Below, piece after piece: positions 59,351-64,000 of a DNA stretch of 64,000 bases (position 1 is its first letter; the number at the start of each line of letters is the position of its first letter). Under the pieces are notes generated by a model that was given only the letters and a program-made list of their open reading frames with translations, searched no databases and had not been told where the DNA came from. Location of the stretch: contig JBAZSW010000004.1 of assembly GCA_041662245.1 (NCBI GenBank), forward strand, positions 11,454-75,453, in the 5' to 3' direction. The position numbers and the translations under genes are program-made. This stretch comes from Parcubacteria group bacterium (GTDB lineage: Bacteria > Patescibacteriota > Minisyncoccia > Moranbacterales > UBA9337).

Positions 59351-60844
59351 ATGATATTGCTAAAATCTGAATTAAAAAATCTCCTCAGTGCTGTAAAGGT
59401 TCCCTTAACTCCTCCAAGGAGGGCTCTTATTGTTAAGGCTTTTGATTTTGCCGAAAAGGCTCATCAGGGACAAAAAAGAAGATCTGGGGAGGATTATTTT
59501 ATTCATTGCTTAGCTACCGCCAAAATATTGGCCGGCATTGGAATGGGCTCAAAAACTATTGCTGCTGGATTATTACATGATGTCCCCGAAGACACCCCCG
59601 TTACTTTAGCAGAAATAAAAAAAGAATTTGGCGAGGATGTCCATAATTTAGTAGAAGGAATTACTAAACTAGGAAAAATTAGGCTAAAAGAAACTAAAGA
59701 AGAATATCTTTTAGAAAATCTTCGCAAAATGTTTTTAGCGATGGCGGCTGATATTCGAGTAGTGATTATAAAATTAGCTGACCGCTTACACAACATGCGT
59801 ACATTAGAGTTTAATCCTCCAGAAAAAAGACCTAAAATTGCTAGGGAAACTATGGAAATTTATGTTCCTCTTGCTGATAGATTGGGAATCGGAGAAATTA
59901 AAGCTGAACTAGAAGACTTATCTTTTAAATTTACCGATCCGGAAAATTTTAAACTTGTTAAAAAAATACGTGATGACTATTATAAAGAGGGAGAGAAATT
60001 TAACAATCAAGCCATCCGAGAATTGGAAAAAGAAATTAAGAATCGAAAAATTAAAATAGCTAAAATTTATGGTCGCGCGAAAAATCTTCGTAGCTTGTTT
60101 CTAAAATTAAAAAAGAGAGAGATGGATATCGGGAGGATTTATGACTTGATTGCTATTCGTATTATTGTCCCGACAGTTTCAGATTGTTATGAAGCATTGG
60201 GAATAGTGCATAAAGTTTATCGACCAATGGTAGGAAGGATAAAAGATTATATTTCTCTTCCTAAACCCAATGGATACCAATCCATTCACACGACTATCTT
60301 TGGACCTGAAGGACGAATTATGGAAGTTCAAATCCGAACTCAAAAAATGCATGATGAAGCAGAATTTGGAATTGCTTCTCATTGGATTTACAACGAAAAC
60401 AAAAGGAGGGATTGGAAAAATTATTTCAGAGAAAAAGAAACCTATTCTGAAAATGAATTAGTTTGGATTAAACAATTGCGTGAATGGCAAAATGAAATAG
60501 GAAGAGATAATAAAGCCTTCTTAGAAGGATTAAAGATAGATTTTTTTAAAAATAGAATTTTTGCTATCACTCCCAAAGGTGATGTAATTGATTTACCTGA
60601 AGATGCTACTCCTATAGATTTTGCTTATGAAATTCACAGCGAAATTGGAGATGCTGTTACAGGAGCTAGAGCTGATGGAAAAATGGTTACATTAGATTAT
60701 AAAATCAAAAATGGTCAAATGATAGAAGTAATAACCACTAAAGATAAAAAAATTCCCAATAGAAAATGGCTGGAATTTGTGAAAACTTCCAATGCTAAAT
60801 CTCATATTCGCAGACAACTAAAAAGAAGCGATGAAATAATTTAA
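59351..60844 (+). CDS. RelA/SpoT-family (p)ppGpp synthetase/hydrolase, short form lacking the C-terminal TGS/ACT regulatory domains.
   Basis: HD hydrolase motif GLLHDVPEDT. Synthetase block RAKNLRSLFLKLKK...DLIAIRIIVPTVSDCY and QIRTQKMH. Ends at 497 aa. Confidence 0.88.
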   Translation: MILLKSELKNLLSAVKVPLTPPRRALIVKAFDFAEKAHQGQKRRSGEDYFIHCLATAKILAGIGMGSKTIAAGLLHDVPEDTPVTLAEIKKEFGEDVHNLVEGITKLGKIRLKETKEEYLLENLRKMFLAMAADIRVVIIKLADRLHNMRTLEFNPPEKRPKIARETMEIYVPLADRLGIGEIKAELEDLSFKFTDPENFKLVKKIRDDYYKEGEKFNNQAIRELEKEIKNRKIKIAKIYGRAKNLRSLFLKLKKREMDIGRIYDLIAIRIIVPTVSDCYEALGIVHKVYRPMVGRIKDYISLPKPNGYQSIHTTIFGPEGRIMEVQIRTQKMHDEAEFGIASHWIYNENKRRDWKNYFREKETYSENELVWIKQLREWQNEIGRDNKAFLEGLKIDFFKNRIFAITPKGDVIDLPEDATPIDFAYEIHSEIGDAVTGARADGKMVTLDYKIKNGQMIEVITTKDKKIPNRKWLEFVKTSNAKSHIRRQLKRSDEII

Positions 60845-60909
60845 TATTTTAAAAATACAAAATAAATAAGCATTTTAAATTATTTCTCAAATCACCTTTT
60901 CTATAATAA

Positions 60910-60939
60910 AAAACATCTTCCCTAGAAAGATGTTTTTTA
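60910..60939. terminator. Bidirectional rho-independent terminator (aaaaaacatctt ccctag aaagatgtttttt).
   Basis: 7-bp stem acatctt/aagatgt flanked by A- and T-tracts, between convergent relA/spoT and parB. Confidence 0.6.
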
Positions 60940-61015
60940 GATTTCATAATGCCAAACTGACAAATTAGCTAGTCTTAATATCTACCAGTTAAAAAATACA
61001 ATTATAATTCCAACA

Positions 61016-62119
61016 TTATATATCCCATAATTCCTCTGCCGTCTTTGGCTCTGACGCAACTTCTGGATCTATTGATTTTACGGATTCCACCGATTCTATC
61101 AGTTCCTCTATCGGTTCCATTGGCTCATCATTTGACTCCAAAGATTTTATTTCTTTTTCTGCTGTTTCTCTTTTCTCCACTGATAAATTATTAATGATTT
61201 TATTCAATTCATCATTGGAATAATAATCAATTATCACTCTTCCGCCATTTCCTCCCGATTTTGTCACCCTAACTTTCGTTCCCATCATCATACTAAGTCT
61301 GTCTTCTAAATCTTTTATCTCAGGATCAATATTTATTAATCTTTTGTGCGATTTTATAGAAATTTCTCTAGTTTTATTTTCCGTTTGACGAACAGTCCAA
61401 TTATTTTTTATTATTAAATCCAATAGAGCTCTTTGTTTTTCTATATTTTCAAGAGCTAAAATTGCTTTGGCGTGACCTTCACTAATAGTACCCTCTTTTA
61501 AAGCCTTGAGCGCTTCCATAGGCAACTTTAAAAGCCTAACTTTATTTGCCACCACGCTTCTACTCTTTCCCATTTTTTTAGCTACCTCTTCTTGATTCAT
61601 TTGAAATTCATCCATTAATTGTTGAAAAGACTTAGCTTCTTCGATAGGATTAAGATTGTGTCTTTGAATATTCTCTACAATGGCTAACTCTAGTTTTTGC
61701 TTATCTTTTATATCTCTTACGATAACTGGCACTTTGGTGAGCAATGCCAATTTTGACGCCTGCAACCTTCTCTCTCCTGCGATAAGTTCGTAACCATCAT
61801 CACTTTTAGTTACTACCAAAGGCTGCAATACCCCGTGCTCCTTAATTGAATCTGAAAGCTCTTTTAATTTTTCTTCGTCAAAATGAATTCTTGGTTGATA
61901 GGGATTGGCTGTAATTTTATTAATATCCACCTCTAAAACTCCTTGATTAAAATCGGAATTAGTTGCTTTTTTATCAACAGTCGTTTCTAGAGAGATACTT
62001 TCGTCCACTTTTTTACTATAAAGATCAAAAGCAGTATCCCGACTATTTTCATCCCTGTTTATTTTTTTTTGCGGAATAAGGGACGACAGTCCTCTTCCTA
62101 AACCATAATTTTGACCCAT
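61016..62119 (-). CDS. parB: Chromosome partitioning protein ParB/Spo0J with a C-terminal acidic extension.
   Basis: ParB box LIAGERRLQASKLA, HTH region, and a C-terminal dimerisation domain followed by an E/D-rich tail. Confidence 0.88.
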   Translation of the reverse strand: MGQNYGLGRGLSSLIPQKKINRDENSRDTAFDLYSKKVDESISLETTVDKKATNSDFNQGVLEVDINKITANPYQPRIHFDEEKLKELSDSIKEHGVLQPLVVTKSDDGYELIAGERRLQASKLALLTKVPVIVRDIKDKQKLELAIVENIQRHNLNPIEEAKSFQQLMDEFQMNQEEVAKKMGKSRSVVANKVRLLKLPMEALKALKEGTISEGHAKAILALENIEKQRALLDLIIKNNWTVRQTENKTREISIKSHKRLINIDPEIKDLEDRLSMMMGTKVRVTKSGGNGGRVIIDYYSNDELNKIINNLSVEKRETAEKEIKSLESNDEPMEPIEELIESVESVKSIDPEVASEPKTAEELWDI

Positions 62120-62205
62120 AATTATCTTAAAATTAAAATTCTAAAAAATAATTTAAATTTAGATTGATAATTTATTTATTATTTATTTTTTGTTTTTTAA
62201 AAAAT

Positions 62206-62991
62206 CTAATTATTAATTCCCCTTGAGCGCTCATCCATTTCTATAATTTCTCTTGCGATACCTTTATAAGCTCTAGCCCCCTTTGAAAAAGAATCAAAAT
62301 TCAAAATTGATTTTCCAAAACTGGGAGCCTCAGCTAAGCGAACACTTCGAGGAATAACATTTTCAAAAACGTGCCCCGGGAAATGTTCTCTTACTTCTTT
62401 TACTACCTGACGGGAAAGTCGATTTCGTCTATCAAACATAGTCAACATCACTCCTTTTATTTTTAAATCTGGTTGAATATTTTCTTTTACTAAGCTTATC
62501 GTTTCCAATAATTGACTTAATCCTTCCAAAGCATAATATTCTGTTTGAACGGGAATGATTATTTCATCACTGGAAACCAAACCATTAATAGTCAAGAGTC
62601 CCAAACTAGGCGGACTATCAATGATAATGTAGTCATATTCCGCTCTAATTTGTCTTAGGGAGTTATATAATTTAAATTCACGATTTTCCATATGAATCAT
62701 CTCGATTTCTGATCCAGCCAAATCCTGAGATGATGGTAAAATATCAAAACCTAATGATTTCTTCCGTACAATAATTTCTCGCGGATGCTTACCTAAAATC
62801 ATCGCTTGATAAAGATTATTTTCTAATTCTCTAACATTTATCCCTAACCCAGATGAAGCATTTCCTTGGGGATCCAGATCAACTAAAAGAACCTTCTTAC
62901 CAGCACTTGCTAAATAAGTAGTTAAATTAACAGCTGAAGTGGTTTTACCCACTCCTCCTTTTTGGTTGACTAAAGATATTATTTTTGCCAT
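62206..62991 (-). CDS. parA: Chromosome partitioning ATPase ParA/Soj.
   Basis: Deviant Walker A KGGVGKTT. 261 aa. Immediately upstream of parB. Confidence 0.9.
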   Translation of the reverse strand: MAKIISLVNQKGGVGKTTSAVNLTTYLASAGKKVLLVDLDPQGNASSGLGINVRELENNLYQAMILGKHPREIIVRKKSLGFDILPSSQDLAGSEIEMIHMENREFKLYNSLRQIRAEYDYIIIDSPPSLGLLTINGLVSSDEIIIPVQTEYYALEGLSQLLETISLVKENIQPDLKIKGVMLTMFDRRNRLSRQVVKEVREHFPGHVFENVIPRSVRLAEAPSFGKSILNFDSFSKGARAYKGIAREIIEMDERSRGINN

Positions 62992-63051
62992 AATTAATTA
63001 TAGTATAGCGTTTTTTAATAACTTTGAAAAGAGGGTGTTCTCTACGAAATA

Positions 63052-63083
63052 CCTGCCCGCAGTGCTACAGCGTTGCAGGCGGG
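63052..63083. repeat. H hairpin element copy (cctgcccgcagtgctacagcgttgcaggcggg), upstream of parA and next to tRNA-Leu.
   Basis: Same 32-nt GC-rich element as in 10706-10741, 14353-14388 and 44061-44093. Confidence 0.85.
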
Positions 63084-63160
63084 AAAACTTATACGAAATT
63101 ACGAATTTAGGAAAAATGAGAACATTGAATAATTGAGTATTTTTAAAATTCACAACAATT

Positions 63161-63242
63161 GCCCGGATGGCGAAATTGGTAGACGCGCACGACTCAAAAT
63201 CGTGTGGATTTATTCATGAGAGTTCGAGTCTCTCTCCGGGCA
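63161..63242 (+). tRNA. tRNA-Leu (anticodon CAA).
   Basis: gcccggatggcgaaattggtagacgcgcacgactCAAaatcgtg..long variable arm..gagttcgagtctctctccgggca. Hand-folded. Confidence 0.8.
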
Positions 63243-63447
63243 CAACATTAAAACAATAAATATAGCTTTCTAAAATCTCTCCCAAGAGAATTCGCCTCGT
63301 GAGGGTAACGAGGCTCTCTGAGCACAACACAAGAACGGTAAAATAAAAATTCAACCTTCTTTTTTCGGGTTGTTTTTTATTTTGATAAAAGTTAAAAAAA
63401 TTATTAAATTCTAAAAGGAGCTGAGGAAAATATCCCAAAGCTCCTTC

Positions 63448-63621
63448 TTATTTAGTTTTTTTTCTTTTCTTAGAAAAAGTTAATACTTGCACGAGTCTGA
63501 TGAAAATAAGAGCATTCGTCACCAACGCCGAAATAAAATATCCCAAAAAAATAATAGCAACTCCTGCCGATACAAACATCCAGTCAAAAAATTCAGGTAC
63601 ACTTCTCTTATTTTTTTTCAC
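63448..63621 (-). CDS. Small single-TM protein (57 aa, GTG start) with a perfect Shine-Dalgarno AAAGGAGGA 7 nt upstream. Not in the supplied ORF track.
   Basis: On the minus strand: aaaggaggatgctaac GTG aaa aaa aat aag..., giving VKKNKRSVPEFFDWMFVSAGVAIIFLGYFISALVTNALIFIRLVQVLTFSKKRKKTK. The SD is notable because almost all other genes lack one. Confidence 0.35.
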   Translation of the reverse strand: MKKNKRSVPEFFDWMFVSAGVAIIFLGYFISALVTNALIFIRLVQVLTFSKKRKKTK

Positions 63622-63651
63622 GTTAGCATCCTCCTTTTTTAAAATAACTAA

Positions 63652-64000
63652 TTATGGATTTTTAACTTCCGTTTTATCGCCCTTATCAAGAACGGCATTC
63701 TCAATATTACAATTTTTACCACTACTATGCTTATACCACTTTGAATTATTGTAATTATATGCTACACCGTTATTGTTTCCCTCTGAAGACAGAGAAAAAT
63801 TAGCGCACAATTCAAACTCTCCTTCGGTAATATTTCCATTTTTAATTGTTTTGTTTGTAATTTTATAACTATAAGGATTGCCAGTTTCGGGATCTTTTTT
63901 ATTACTACAATAAGAATAGGAAGAATCTTTAGCTAATACATTTAAAGATTCAGGAAGAGATTTATGTTCATTGGCATAATTATCTATACAAGTAGCCAAA
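63652..64000 (-). CDS. Hypothetical secreted/pilin-like protein, 5'-truncated by the window end.
   Basis: The ORF runs to the window edge. C-terminal Cys pair (C...NC) and an N/G/S/Y-rich composition resemble type IV pilin-like C-domains. Weak. Confidence 0.3.
   Translation of the reverse strand, partial: LATCIDNYANEHKSLPESLNVLAKDSSYSYCSNKKDPETGNPYSYKITNKTIKNGNITEGEFELCANFSLSSEGNNNGVAYNYNNSKWYKHSSGKNCNIENAVLDKGDKTEVKNP

Noticed and set aside
63214-63438. 74-aa minus-strand ORF
   Set aside because: It overlaps tRNA-Leu (63161-63242) and a terminator-like hairpin region. No coding signal.
63500-63754. 84-aa plus-strand ORF
   Set aside because: It is antisense to the SD-bearing small membrane ORF and the pilin-like gene. 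The composition is hydrophobic noise. The minus-strand reading is better supported by the RBS.

Overview
AT-rich (~30% GC) bacterial chromosomal window, dense with genes in the standard genetic code (rpoC reads through 1194 aa with no internal stops). Almost no gene has a Shine-Dalgarno sequence. The compact housekeeping content, DUF2207 protein, truncated ThrRS and RelA/SpoT, and SD-less starts suggest an ultra-small-genome (Patescibacteria/CPR-like) lineage; this is inference only. Contents in order: (1) 1-10.5 kb, a surface-glycan locus. It holds a partial asnB-like amidotransferase, a GT4 glycosyltransferase, a NeuA/NeuC/NeuB-type nonulosonic-acid pathway, a putative CMP-sugar (HP-motif) transferase, three SAM methyltransferases and a Wzx-like flippase. 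(2) 10.5-15.4 kb, a repeat-riddled accessory island. It encodes an AAA+/DUF4143 ATPase, a class-II Fic protein, a small coiled-coil protein and a PaaX_C-like regulator. Every gene is bracketed by members of two repeat families (R1 ~100 nt x4; R2, a palindrome x4). (3) 15.6-64 kb, housekeeping. This includes a GT-C-like membrane protein, recG, thrS, a GIY-YIG mini-element, a DUF2207 protein, efp, rpsF-ssb-rpsR, rpoB-rpoC, pgk, mraY-ftsW-trmD, an ACP-like mini-operon, tRNA-Ser, tRNA-Arg(GCG), murF-ddl-murE-like-hydrolase-ftsI-ftsL-rsmH-mraZ, tRNA-Ala, dprA, topA, relA/spoT, parB-parA and tRNA-Leu. The most unusual signal is a set of nested small repeats. A ~32-35 nt GC-rich hairpin element (core gctacagcgttgcaggcgg) is inserted into other AT-rich repeats and into a duplicated tRNA 5' half. 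There are also solo copies of the GIY-YIG element terminus, and tandem and duplicated segments around tRNA-Ala.
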